From Nitrosomonadales bacterium (GTDB lineage: Bacteria > Pseudomonadota > Gammaproteobacteria > Burkholderiales > Gallionellaceae): a stretch of DNA of 55,827 bases. How positions within the stretch are numbered: position 1 is the stretch's first letter; each line of letters starts with the position of its first letter. The position numbers and the translations under genes are program-made. The stretch is from positions 1 to 55,827 of the forward strand of contig JACPVZ010000043.1 of NCBI GenBank assembly GCA_016197305.1, in the 5' to 3' direction. The notes beneath the pieces are model-generated. The model was not told the DNA's origin and searched no databases. It saw nothing but the letters and a program-made list of their open reading frames with translations. Shown here in pieces: positions 9,041 through 20,775 of the stretch.

Positions 9041-11311
9041 CTAGTGTGTCTTGACGCCGGCCACGGCCAGCGCGCTCATATTGACAATTCGGCGCACCGT
9101 CGCTGTTGAAGTCAGGATATGCACCGACTTGTTCGCCCCCAGCAGGATAGACCCGATGGTGATGCCATCACCCGCGGTAATCTTGAGCAGGTTATACGCG
9201 ATGTTGGCCGCGTCGAGATTGGGCATGATCAGCAGGTTGGCCTCGCCCTTCAAGCGCGAATCGGGGAATATCTGCATGCGCAGGCTTTCCGACAGGGCTG
9301 CATCGCCATGCATCTCGCCTTCCACTTCCAGTTCCGGAGCCCGCCTTTCCAGCAGCTCGCGGGCCGCGCTCATCTTGCGCGCCGAGGCGTTTTCATGGCT
9401 GCCGAAATTCGAATGTGACAACAGCGCGACTTTGGGCACCAGGCCAAAACGGCGCACCTCTTCCGCAGCCAGCAGTGTCATCTCGGCGATCTGCTCGGAT
9501 GTCGGATCCAGGTTCACGTGTGTGTCGCAGATGAACAGCGTATGCCCCGGCAACATCAGAATATTCATCGCCGCATACACATTCGCCCCGGGGTGCTGGC
9601 CTATCACCTCGTCGATATAACGCAAGTGGCGCAAGGGTTGCGAAACGGTTCCGCACAGCATCGCATCGGCGGAATTCATCCGCACCAGCATCGACGCGAT
9701 CAGCGTATTGCGGCGGCGCATCTCGCGCTTGGCGGAATCCAGCGTGACGCCCCTGCGCTGCATCAGGCGGTGATATTCGTTGCAGTAATCGCGATAACGG
9801 TGATCGCTTTCCGGATTCACTAATTCAAAATGCTCGCCGGCGCGAATGCGCAGCCCGAGCTTGGCAATCCGCTGCTCGACGACCGCCGGGCGCCCCACCA
9901 GGATAGGGTGGGCGATGCCCTCGTCCACCACCGTTTGCACCGCATGCAGCACGCGCAGATCCTCACCTTCCGCATACACCAGCCGTTTCGGGTTCTTCTT
10001 CGCGATATCGAACACCGGCTTCATCAGCATGTTCGAGTGATAGATGAATTGCGACAACTGTTCGCGGTAGCCCGCCATGTCGGCGATCGGCCTGCTGGCC
10101 ACACCGCTGTCCATTGCCGCCTGAGCCACGGCAGGGGCGATGCGCGTGATCAGGCGCGGGTCGAACGGCTTGGGTATCAAATGCTCCGCGCCGAAGCTCA
10201 GGCTTTCTTCACCATATACCGCGGCCACCGCATCGGACTGCTCGGCCTCGGCCAGCTCGGCGATCGCATACACTGCCGCGCGCTTCATCTCCTCATTGAT
10301 CGTCGAGGCGCCGACATCGAGCGCCCCGCGGAAGATGTATGGGAAACACAGCGCGTTGTTCACCTGATTCGGATAATCGGAACGCCCCGTCGCCATGATG
10401 GCATCGCTACGCACCGCCCTGACCTGCTCCGGCAGAATCTCCGGCGTCGGATTGGCCAGTGCGAAGATCAGCGGCCGGTCTGCCATCAGCTTGACCATCT
10501 CCGGCTTCAGCACCCCGCCTGCCGACAATCCCAGGAACGCGTCCGCACCGGCAATGACTTCGCCCAATGTGCGTGCTGATGTCCCCACCGCGTAGCGCGC
10601 CTTGTTGTCGTCCATCTCCTCGGTACGTCCCTTGTAGACGACACCCTTGATGTCGGTGACGACGATGTTCTCCATGCGCACCCCGAGGCTGACCAGCATG
10701 TCCAGGCAGGCCAGCGCGGCAGCCCCTGCGCCGCTGACGACCAGCTTGATCCTGGCGATGTCTTTACCTACCACCTTGAGCCCATTCAACAAGGCCGCGC
10801 CGACGATGATTGCGGTGCCGTGCTGATCGTCGTGAAACACCGGGATATGCATGCGCTCGCGCAGCTTGCGTTCGATGTAGAAACATTCCGGCGCCTTGAT
10901 GTCCTCCAGATTGATGCCGCCGAAGGTCGGCTCCAGCGCGGCGATGATATCCACCAGCTTGTCCGGGTCGCGCTCGGCTATCTCCAGATCGAACACGTCG
11001 ATGCCGGCGAACTTCTTGAACAGCACGCCCTTTCCTTCCATCACCGGCTTGGCTGCCAGCGGGCCGATTGCACCGAGGCCGAGGACGGCCGTGCCATTGC
11101 TGATCACAGCCACCAGATTACCGCGTGCCGTCAGCGTGCGCGCCTGCCCCGGATCGCGCACGATCTCCTCACAGGCTGCCGCCACCCCAGGGGAATAGGC
11201 CAGTGCCAGGTCGCGTTGGGTAATCATCGGCTTGGTCGCGTTGACCGAAATCTTTCCGGCCGGAGCCTGGCGGTGATATTGCAGCGCGGCCTCGCGCAAT
11301 TGCTCGTCCAT
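9041..11311 (-). CDS. maeB: NADP-dependent malic enzyme with PTA-like C-terminal domain
   Basis: [51 protein letters not shown]; C-terminal [22 protein letters not shown]. Confidence 0.96.
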   Translation of the reverse strand: MDEQLREAALQYHRQAPAGKISVNATKPMITQRDLALAYSPGVAAACEEIVRDPGQARTLTARGNLVAVISNGTAVLGLGAIGPLAAKPVMEGKGVLFKKFAGIDVFDLEIAERDPDKLVDIIAALEPTFGGINLEDIKAPECFYIERKLRERMHIPVFHDDQHGTAIIVGAALLNGLKVVGKDIARIKLVVSGAGAAALACLDMLVSLGVRMENIVVTDIKGVVYKGRTEEMDDNKARYAVGTSARTLGEVIAGADAFLGLSAGGVLKPEMVKLMADRPLIFALANPTPEILPEQVRAVRSDAIMATGRSDYPNQVNNALCFPYIFRGALDVGASTINEEMKRAAVYAIAELAEAEQSDAVAAVYGEESLSFGAEHLIPKPFDPRLITRIAPAVAQAAMDSGVASRPIADMAGYREQLSQFIYHSNMLMKPVFDIAKKNPKRLVYAEGEDLRVLHAVQTVVDEGIAHPILVGRPAVVEQRIAKLGLRIRAGEHFELVNPESDHRYRDYCNEYHRLMQRRGVTLDSAKREMRRRNTLIASMLVRMNSADAMLCGTVSQPLRHLRYIDEVIGQHPGANVYAAMNILMLPGHTLFICDTHVNLDPTSEQIAEMTLLAAEEVRRFGLVPKVALLSHSNFGSHENASARKMSAARELLERRAPELEVEGEMHGDAALSESLRMQIFPDSRLKGEANLLIMPNLDAANIAYNLLKITAGDGITIGSILLGANKSVHILTSTATVRRIVNMSALAVAGVKTH

Positions 11312-11506
11312 CTTGTACCTCGTAATATGCGAATTGCGCGGCGATTATAGCGCAGCGTCACTGCGGCGCGGCGCGCCTGATGGATTAGTTTGTGCCGAAT
11401 TTGTCCCGGCCAGCACTGCCGCAATGAACTTTTTTGCTGGATTTTGTCGCCTCTCGCATGCCGGCAATTTGCTAGAATGCGCAACTTTTTCCGGCAAGCA
11501 CCGTTG

Positions 11507-12319
11507 ATGGAACCGATAACCCTGACTGGCGGAGAACGCGCCGTACTGCTGATACACGGCCTGCAAAGCAGCCCGGCCGAATTACAGCCGCTGGCCAAGC
11601 GGCTACATCAGGCCGGATATACGGTGCATCTCCCGCATATACGCGGCTATGGTTTCGAGCACGGTGACGATCCTCGCTCCGTCACCCACTGGCAGGACTG
11701 GCACAGCAAGGTGCTGGCCGAATTCCATACCCTCAAGCAAAGGCACCACAGCGTTGCCGTCGGAGGGCTATGCATAGGCGCCGTCCTGTCGCTCAGCATC
11801 GCCGCCGAGCTGGGCGACGAAGTCGCCGCGCTGTCGCTGCTATCCACCACCCTGTGGTATGACGGCTGGAGCATGCCCTGGTATCGCTTCATGCGTTACG
11901 TCGGCTATTATTCTCCGGCACGCTACCTGTATAAGTGGAGAGAGCGCGAGCCGTTCGGACTGAAAAATGCCCAGCTACGCAAATGGATAGCACGCGAAAT
12001 GAGCCATAGCGACGCGTCCATGGTGGGCGCTTCCACGCTGAATCTGCCTGCGATTCAGGAAGCCGAGCGGTTAATAAAGTCAGTCAAGACTTCGCTGCAC
12101 CGCATCTCCGCCCCGGCGCTGATCATTCATGCCGAGGAAGACGATGTGGCCACGCCGCGTAGCGCACGCCATGTGGCAGCTCACATCGGTTCCACAAAAG
12201 TGGAAAGCATCTTGCTGCACGACAGCTACCACATGATCACGATCGACAACGAGCGCGAACGGGTCGCCGCGGAAACCATCCGTTTCTTTAATTCGGCCAT
12301 GCCTGAAGCCAGTTCATAA
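11507..12319 (+). CDS. Alpha/beta hydrolase (carboxylesterase Est/YvaK-like) with Cys in the nucleophile elbow
   Basis: VLLIHGL oxyanion motif, GGLCIGA elbow, acid (HAEEDDV) and His (DSYHMIT). Confidence 0.85.
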   Translation: MEPITLTGGERAVLLIHGLQSSPAELQPLAKRLHQAGYTVHLPHIRGYGFEHGDDPRSVTHWQDWHSKVLAEFHTLKQRHHSVAVGGLCIGAVLSLSIAAELGDEVAALSLLSTTLWYDGWSMPWYRFMRYVGYYSPARYLYKWREREPFGLKNAQLRKWIAREMSHSDASMVGASTLNLPAIQEAERLIKSVKTSLHRISAPALIIHAEEDDVATPRSARHVAAHIGSTKVESILLHDSYHMITIDNERERVAAETIRFFNSAMPEASS

Positions 12320-12327
12320 TCGATTTC

Positions 12328-12336
12328 TGATATAAT
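12328..12336 (+). promoter_or_regulatory. Extended -10 promoter element upstream of acp-fabF
   Basis: TGATATAAT matches TGnTATAAT, about 30 nt before the ACP start. Confidence 0.55.
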
Positions 12337-12367
12337 CCGCACCGGATTAACTCTACAAGCACCAGAC

Positions 12368-12616
12368 ATGAGCTCCCTGCAAACCATACAGCGCATGATG
12401 GTCGAACAATTCGACCTCAAACTCGAAGACCTCAACCCGGATGCTCAACTGGAAAAGCTGGGGCTGGACTCATTGTCCGTGATCGAATTCATGTTCAATC
12501 TTGAAGACGAATTGAAGATCAAGCTGCCCGACGAGCGCGTCGAGCTCAAGACCATAGGCGATGTGGTCGCCCTGCTGGACAAGATCATCGCCGAGCAAAA
12601 AGGCTCGGCACAATAA
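12368..12616 (+). CDS. Acyl carrier protein (accessory paralog)
   Basis: 82 aa, acidic, LGLDSL phosphopantetheine serine motif. Confidence 0.93.
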   Translation: MSSLQTIQRMMVEQFDLKLEDLNPDAQLEKLGLDSLSVIEFMFNLEDELKIKLPDERVELKTIGDVVALLDKIIAEQKGSAQ

Positions 12617-12628
12617 TAGCCGCAACAT

Positions 12629-13873
12629 ATGGCTAAGCGAGTTGTCATCACCGGACTCGGCATCATCTCCCCGGTCGGCAAAGACCCGGCAGCTTTTTTC
12701 AACAACCTGATGGCCGGAAGATCCGGCATCAAACACCTTCGAACCGGTTTCGTCGAGCAGCTCTCCATCCGAATCGGCGCACCGGTGGAAGACTTCGACC
12801 CCGCCGCGCACTTCTCCAAGATTCAGCTCACCGGCATCGAACGATTCAGCCAGTTTGCACTGGTGGCTGCCGAGCAGGCCGTTCAGGACGCACAACTGGA
12901 ATTGAGCCCGTGCGAACTCCAGCGTGCCGGGGTATACATGGGCTCCTGCCTGGGTGGTGCGAGCACCCTCGAAGACGGCTATATCCAGGTACTCCAGCAT
13001 CCCAGCCCACGGGTCAAGCCGCTCAGCGTGCTGCTCAGCATGAACAATGCGGCAGCCTCGCAGCTATCGATCAAATATCACCTGCAAGGCCCGAACATCA
13101 CCTATGCCACCGCCTGCTCCTCGTCGGCCATCGCGATCGGCGAGGCCTATCGCCAGATCAAACACGGCTACGCCGAGGTGATGCTGGCCGGCGGCTCGGA
13201 AGCCATGCTCACACTCGGCGCGATGAAGGCCTGGGAAGCATTGCACACCCTGGCTCACGAAGACCCCCACGATGCGGGCGCCTCCTGCAAACCGTTCGCC
13301 AAGAACCGCAGCGGACTGGTGCTCGGTGAAGGCGCCGCGGTGCTGGTGCTGGAAGAAGCCGAGCGTGCCCTCAGGCGCGGCGCCAGGATTTATGCGGAAC
13401 TGGCCGGATACGACTGCTCGTCCGATGCCAGCCACATCACCAAACCTGATGCCCGCGGGCAGACCCGCACCATGCTGAATGCCTTGCGCGACGCCGGCCT
13501 GCAACCGCAGGACATCCATTACATCAATGCTCACGGCACCGCCACACAGGCCGGAGACATCGAGGAGACGAAAGCGATCAAGCAGGTGTTCGGCACTCAC
13601 GCTCCCCATGTCCCGGTCAGCTCCACCAAATCCATGCATGGCCACCTGATGGGCGCAACTGGTGCGGTGGAGTTCATGGCCGCCGTGCTGGCACTCCACC
13701 ACAATGCGGTCCCGCCGACGATCAACCTGCTCGACGCAGATCCCGAGTGCGACCTGGACTATGTCCCCAATCAGGGGCGCCACGGCATCCCGCTCAATGC
13801 GGTGATGTCCAATTCATTCGCATTCGGCGGAAGCAACGCGGTATTGATCGCACAGCGCCTCCGCAACCGCTAA
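12629..13873 (+). CDS. fabF: Beta-ketoacyl-ACP synthase II-type (FabF family) paralog
   Basis: RVVITGLG, TACSSS (catalytic Cys), YINAHGTAT, KSMHGHLMGA, SNSFAFGGSN; Cys-His-His triad intact. Confidence 0.9.
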   Translation: MAKRVVITGLGIISPVGKDPAAFFNNLMAGRSGIKHLRTGFVEQLSIRIGAPVEDFDPAAHFSKIQLTGIERFSQFALVAAEQAVQDAQLELSPCELQRAGVYMGSCLGGASTLEDGYIQVLQHPSPRVKPLSVLLSMNNAAASQLSIKYHLQGPNITYATACSSSAIAIGEAYRQIKHGYAEVMLAGGSEAMLTLGAMKAWEALHTLAHEDPHDAGASCKPFAKNRSGLVLGEGAAVLVLEEAERALRRGARIYAELAGYDCSSDASHITKPDARGQTRTMLNALRDAGLQPQDIHYINAHGTATQAGDIEETKAIKQVFGTHAPHVPVSSTKSMHGHLMGATGAVEFMAAVLALHHNAVPPTINLLDADPECDLDYVPNQGRHGIPLNAVMSNSFAFGGSNAVLIAQRLRNR

Positions 13874-14061
13874 ACCCCATCTCTCGAATTACTTGCGCCC
13901 ATTCACGTGGTCGCCGCACCGATGCACAAGTCACACACCGGCTCTGCGCCGCATACCGAAAACCCCGCCATCAAGAATTTCCCAACAGAAGTTTCCCGAT
14001 ACTTGGAAATCCTGTGGTGGTGCTTTATAAAACTTCCCGGCACGACAAGACATTACAAAAT

Positions 14062-14077
14062 TGGCACACTATGTGCA
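14062..14077 (+). promoter_or_regulatory. Putative sigma54 (-24/-12) promoter
   Basis: TGGCAC-ACTAT-GTGCA with correct GG/GC spacing, in an AT-rich intergenic region upstream of the 14227 ORF. Confidence 0.55.
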
Positions 14078-14226
14078 TAGTGGGAACAGATAGGCTATTT
14101 TAGGAATCGGTCATTCCACGGGCGCTGTGGCTCAGATGATTTTTGAAGGCCGAAAATTACATAAATAAAACTGTGGCTAAATTTTCTTTATACCCGGCCA
14201 GTCAATTGAAATCTGATAGTCGAGCA

Positions 14227-14760
14227 ATGCTACGGAAACATAATAATAAAAAAATCTGCTACGCAGTCGGTAGTGCGTTATCGTTTTTTTTATCCATCGC
14301 TATTGTCAATGCTACCCCGGTAGCTGCAGATCAAAATCTCGAAAAAAAGCTACGGAAAGCACCCGATCTCAGCCCGGCTTTGGATGACGTCAAATATATG
14401 CGCATTGCAGTGCTTGCCGGTGACCAGCTACCTGAGCTTGAAAAACGAAAAAACGAAGTCATACGCACCTACAAAAAATGGACCGCCTTGAAGTCATCCG
14501 CTGACGCCGCCGGCAATCCCGCCAGACTCAAGGAAACAGACGATGCCGCACAGGCTTATTCACAAGCCAACCTGTCCTTTGTCAGTCTGCAAAAGGAAAT
14601 CCTGGTAAAAAGCGGCATCGTCACCGACGATGTGGTTTTATCCGACTTGGTTAATGCACTCAATGCGGTTGCGCCATCCGCTGCGGGCTCCAAAGCCCCC
14701 AAGCAGCCTAATCACACACCGAACAAAACCCGCACCGAGACTCCCGGCATGCCCCGCTGA
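14227..14760 (+). CDS. Hypothetical exported helical protein
   Basis: Basic N-terminus plus hydrophobic stretch ending VNA (signal-peptide-like); lower GC than flanks; start uncertain (14143 or 14227). Confidence 0.7.
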   Translation: MLRKHNNKKICYAVGSALSFFLSIAIVNATPVAADQNLEKKLRKAPDLSPALDDVKYMRIAVLAGDQLPELEKRKNEVIRTYKKWTALKSSADAAGNPARLKETDDAAQAYSQANLSFVSLQKEILVKSGIVTDDVVLSDLVNALNAVAPSAAGSKAPKQPNHTPNKTRTETPGMPR

Positions 14761-14796
14761 TCCCAACCGGCTCTCACCGCCCCTCGCGGCGGGACG

Positions 14797-17700
14797 TTAC
14801 CCGCGCATCCCGGCCAGCATTTTTTCCAGCCGTTTCACTGACACAATCACCGGCGTTTTCAGTTCCTGTGCAAACAGCGATACGCGCAACTCCTGCAGCA
14901 ACCAGGCAAATTCCTCCACTTGCGAATTGGGCTTGCCCTGTTGTGCCTGCCGCAGTTTTTGCCAAGCTTGCAACAGCGGCTGCATCTGCGCCATGCACTG
15001 CACATCACGCGCCGGATTACTGCGCAATTTTTCGATGCGCAGACCGATCGCCTTCAGATAGCGCGGCACATGCTGCAATCGCTCATATGGGGTATCGGCG
15101 ATGAAACGCTTATGCAGCAACCACTCGATCTGGGCGCGCACATCCTGGCCCGCCTGGTTGTGCGCCTTGAGTTGCGGCAGACTCTTTTGCACCGCCTGAT
15201 ATTCGACCAGCACATTGCCCACTAGCCGCGCGATCTCCTGCGCGACCAGCAGCAGGCGGTTCTTGGCCTCTTTGCCTCGCGCGTTGAATTCCGCCTCGTT
15301 CGAAGGCAACGGGTCGTTCAGGCAACAACGCTCGAAAGTCATCGCCAGTATCTGCTGCTGCAATTCCTGTTGCGTGCCGCCAAAAGGGGAATTGGGCGTC
15401 ATGAACAGCATGCCCAGCCGCTGCGCATCGGGCAGGTTCTTTTCCAGATATTTCACCTGTTCCTTCAAAAGCAGCATGAACAAACGGCGCAAACCGCCCC
15501 GATGCGCAACACATGCAGCCTCACGGGTGTCGAACGCACGCATCACCACCGCATCGCCTTCATCCACCAAGCCGTTGAACAGTGTGACGCTCTGTCCGGC
15601 GCGTTTTACCTCTCTTGTTTCGGCGAAGTTCCCGAATGTCCATGAGGTGTAGCGTTGCTCGGAAGCTGCCTCGCCCTCCTTGCCTTCGGTCGCTGCAACA
15701 ATCGCCGGTGCTGCACGCGGTGCAATCTCGCTGTGCAGCTGGACAAAGTTACGCGACATGCCCAGCTGCCGGCCATGTTCATCGAGCACGCGGTAATTCA
15801 TCAGCAGATGGGGCGGCAACTGCTCGATACGGAATGCCTCCAACGGCACATCGACCTGCTTCTGCTCGCGAATGTAGCGCGCCAGTGCAGGCAACAGCGG
15901 CGCGTTCGCAGGCTGTATCTCACGGCAGAACGCCGCGGCGAATTCCGGCACCGGCACCAAATGACGGCGCAGCCGTTGTGGCAAGGTCTTGATCAACTGC
16001 GTCACCTTCTCCGCAAGCAGGCCCGGTATCAGCCATTCGCAACGCGTCGCACTGACCTGATTGATCAGCGCCAGCGGCACTGTCAGGGTGATGCCGTCAT
16101 CGTGCTTGCCCGGCGCGAAGTTATAAGCCAGCGCGAAACTGACGCTGCCTATCTTCATCTGCGGCGGGAATTGCTCGGTGGTAATACCCGCGGCCTGGTG
16201 GCGCATCAGGTCGTCTTTTTTCAGATAGAGCAGTTTCGCATCGTCGCGCTCGGCCTCTTTGCGCCATGCCTCGAAGCTCGCTCCGTTGTGGACATGCGCG
16301 GGAATACGGCTGTCGTAAAAAGAGAAAATCAGTTCTTCATCGACCAGCACATCGGGGCGACGCGCCTTGTGCTCCAGGGCTTCGATGTCGGCGATCAGCT
16401 TCTGGTTGTGCGCGAAAAACGGCGCTCGCGCTTCGAACTCGCCACCGGCCAATGCCTGACGGATGAACACCTCGCGCGATTCCGCGGCATTCATCGGGCC
16501 GTAATGCACGCGCTTCTTCGCGTTAAGCAACAAGCCGTACAGGGTGCTTCGCTCATAGGCCACCACCTGCGCGGCCTTTTTCTCCCAGTGAGGATCGTAA
16601 TAATGACGCTTGATCAGATGAGCCCCCACCTCTTCCAGCCACTCCGGTTCTATGCGCGCCACGCAGCGTGCATAGAGCCGGTGTGTCTCGATCAGCTCGC
16701 CGGCCATCACCCATTTGGCGCCTTTTTTCGCCAGCACCGAATTCGAGGCGAGCAGGAACTTGATGCCGCGCGCGCCCAGATACTCGTTGCCTTCCACCCC
16801 TTTCATGCCGATATTGCCGAGCAGGCCGCACAGCAAGGCTTTGTGGATCTGCTCGTAAGTCGCCGGCTGCTCGTTCCCGCGCATGCCCATCTCGGCGACC
16901 TGCGTATGCAACTGCTGATGCAGTTCGCGCCACTCGCGCAAGCGCAGCGGTGACAGGAAACCCCTGCGGCACTCTTCCGACAGCAAGCGGTTGGATTGCT
17001 TGTGCGCCATCGCCTGCTCGAACCATGCCCAAATTTTCAGATAGGCCAGAAAATCGGAGCGCTCGTCGGCGAAACGCTTGTGTGCGGCATCCGCCGCCTC
17101 CTGCCGTTCCAGCGGCCGATCGCGCGGGTCCTGTACCGACAGTGCGCTGGCGATGATCAGTATCTCGGTCAGGCAGTGATATTGCCGCCCGGCCAGCAAC
17201 AGCCGCGCGACTTTAGGGTCAAGCGGCAGCCTGGCCAATTCCTGGCCCAGCTTGGTAAGTTGACGCGCCTCGTCAATCGCGCCCAGCTCCCCGAGCAACT
17301 GATAACCATCCGCGATCATCCGCGGCGTAGGCGGCTCGATGAACGGGAATTCGCTCACCTCACCCAACTCCAACGCGCTCATGCGCAGGATGACCGTAGC
17401 AAGCGACACGCGGAATATTTCCGGATCGGTGAATTCCGGACGCTGCAGAAAATCGTCCTCTTCATACAAGCGGATGCATACGCCGCTCATCACCCGCCCG
17501 CACCGGCCGGCACGCTGATTTGCTGCGGCGCGCGAGATTTTTTCGATGTGCAGCTGCTCGACCTTCTGCCGGATGCTGTAGCGATTCACCCGCGCCAAGC
17601 CGCAATCGATCACATAGCCGATGTTGGGCACAGTGAGCGACGTCTCCGCGACATTGGTTGCCAGCACCACACGGCGCTGCCCGCCGACCTTGAACACCCG

Positions 17701-18585
17701 GTCCTGCTCCGCCGCCGACAACCTGGAAAAAAGCGGCAACACCTCGATACCCCCATGACGCATACTTGGGGCATGATGCTTGCGCAACGTTTCGGCGGTG
17801 TCGCGTATCTCGCGCTCGCCCGGCAGGAACACCAGCACGTCGCCACGCAATCCGCCCGCCGCCAACTCATCCAGCGCATGACTCACCGCCTGTGGCACAT
17901 CCTGCGCCTCGCCTTCATCGCTGACCTGTAATGGCCTGTAGCGCATCTCGACCGGATAGCTGCGCCCCGACACTTCGATCACCACCGCGCCGAAATGTTT
18001 GGCAAAACGCTCGGCATCCAGCGTCGCAGAAGTGATGATGAGCTTGAGATCGGGACGGCGCGGCAACAACTGTTTGAGATAGCCCAGCAAGAAATCGATG
18101 TTCAGGCTGCGCTCGTGCGCCTCGTCGATGATCAGCGTATCGTAATTTTTCAGCAGCGGATCGCTGTGTATCTCGGCCAGCAGAATGCCATCCGTCATCA
18201 GCTTGACACTGGTATCGGGCGACACTTTGTCGTGAAAGCGCACCTTGTAACCGACCACACCGCCCAGCTCCGTCTTCAGTTCCACCGCGATGCGTGTCGC
18301 CACGGTGCGCGCCGCGACCCGGCGCGGCTGGGTATGACCGATACAACCCAGCACCCCTCGCCCCAAACTCAGACATATCTTCGGCAATTGCGTCGTCTTG
18401 CCCGAACCGGTCTCGCCACACACGATCACGACCTGATGCTCACTGATGGCACGCGCCAGATCAGCACGCTTTGCCACCACCGGGAGATCAGCCGGGAATT
18501 CGATCTCGGCAAGCGAATCCAGCCGCGCCTTGCGGCGCAGTGCACTCGCTGATAACTGGGCATTCACACGCAAAAGCAGCCTCAC
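14797..18585 (-). CDS. hrpA: ATP-dependent RNA helicase HrpA
   Basis: GETGSGKTTQLP, DEAH, TSAT, ATNVAETSLTVP, QRAGRCGR; C-terminal ELRVSLFAQEL; exact start uncertain. Confidence 0.96.
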   Translation of the reverse strand: MRLLLRVNAQLSASALRRKARLDSLAEIEFPADLPVVAKRADLARAISEHQVVIVCGETGSGKTTQLPKICLSLGRGVLGCIGHTQPRRVAARTVATRIAVELKTELGGVVGYKVRFHDKVSPDTSVKLMTDGILLAEIHSDPLLKNYDTLIIDEAHERSLNIDFLLGYLKQLLPRRPDLKLIITSATLDAERFAKHFGAVVIEVSGRSYPVEMRYRPLQVSDEGEAQDVPQAVSHALDELAAGGLRGDVLVFLPGEREIRDTAETLRKHHAPSMRHGGIEVLPLFSRLSAAEQDRVFKVGGQRRVVLATNVAETSLTVPNIGYVIDCGLARVNRYSIRQKVEQLHIEKISRAAANQRAGRCGRVMSGVCIRLYEEDDFLQRPEFTDPEIFRVSLATVILRMSALELGEVSEFPFIEPPTPRMIADGYQLLGELGAIDEARQLTKLGQELARLPLDPKVARLLLAGRQYHCLTEILIIASALSVQDPRDRPLERQEAADAAHKRFADERSDFLAYLKIWAWFEQAMAHKQSNRLLSEECRRGFLSPLRLREWRELHQQLHTQVAEMGMRGNEQPATYEQIHKALLCGLLGNIGMKGVEGNEYLGARGIKFLLASNSVLAKKGAKWVMAGELIETHRLYARCVARIEPEWLEEVGAHLIKRHYYDPHWEKKAAQVVAYERSTLYGLLLNAKKRVHYGPMNAAESREVFIRQALAGGEFEARAPFFAHNQKLIADIEALEHKARRPDVLVDEELIFSFYDSRIPAHVHNGASFEAWRKEAERDDAKLLYLKKDDLMRHQAAGITTEQFPPQMKIGSVSFALAYNFAPGKHDDGITLTVPLALINQVSATRCEWLIPGLLAEKVTQLIKTLPQRLRRHLVPVPEFAAAFCREIQPANAPLLPALARYIREQKQVDVPLEAFRIEQLPPHLLMNYRVLDEHGRQLGMSRNFVQLHSEIAPRAAPAIVAATEGKEGEAASEQRYTSWTFGNFAETREVKRAGQSVTLFNGLVDEGDAVVMRAFDTREAACVAHRGGLRRLFMLLLKEQVKYLEKNLPDAQRLGMLFMTPNSPFGGTQQELQQQILAMTFERCCLNDPLPSNEAEFNARGKEAKNRLLLVAQEIARLVGNVLVEYQAVQKSLPQLKAHNQAGQDVRAQIEWLLHKRFIADTPYERLQHVPRYLKAIGLRIEKLRSNPARDVQCMAQMQPLLQAWQKLRQAQQGKPNSQVEEFAWLLQELRVSLFAQELKTPVIVSVKRLEKMLAGMRG

Positions 18586-18590
18586 TAATG

Positions 18591-18622
18591 AAAAGGGGGA
18601 TTAGCTCCATGCTAATCCCCCC
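18591..18622 (-). terminator. Intrinsic terminator after tRNA-Ile2
   Basis: GGGGGATTAGC-N5-GCTAATCCCCC hairpin followed by TTTT on the minus strand. Confidence 0.8.
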
Positions 18623-18625
18623 GAT

Positions 18626-18702
18626 TGGTGGGTCGTCGCGGACTTGAACCGCGGACCAAAGGATTATGAGTCCTCTGCTCTAACCAACTGAGCTAACGAC
18701 CC
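18626..18702 (-). tRNA. ileX: tRNA-Ile2 (CAT, lysidine-modified)
   Basis: Reverse complement GGGTCGTTAGCTCAGTTGGTTAGAGCAGAGGACTCATAATCCTTTGGTCCGCGGTTCAAGTCCGCGACGACCCACCA; CAT anticodon; position downstream of rpoD is typical of Ile2. Confidence 0.85.
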
Positions 18703-18710
18703 GTAAACGA

Positions 18711-20645
<1,935 letters not shown>

Positions 20646-20775
20646 ATTCAGATTCCCAAATTGCGCCAATCGTGGTTACATACGCCCCATAAGGCCGCAG
20701 AAAAGCGGCGGATTATACCCGATTCCGGCAGATTTTTCCCAACCCTTCCGGAATTTTTCCAACTTCATTAGATGC

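Noticed and set aside
12368-13873. Aryl-polyene or aromatic type II PKS cluster
   Set aside because: No chain-length factor, ketoreductase, dehydratase, cyclase or ligase genes nearby
13923-14081. About 52-codon ORF (MHKSHTG..) in the gap after fabF
   Set aside because: No RBS or recognisable features, and it overlaps the candidate sigma54 promoter
18586-18702. Genomic island at tRNA-Ile2, a common integration site
   Set aside because: The tRNA is followed directly by its terminator and hrpA, so the site appears empty
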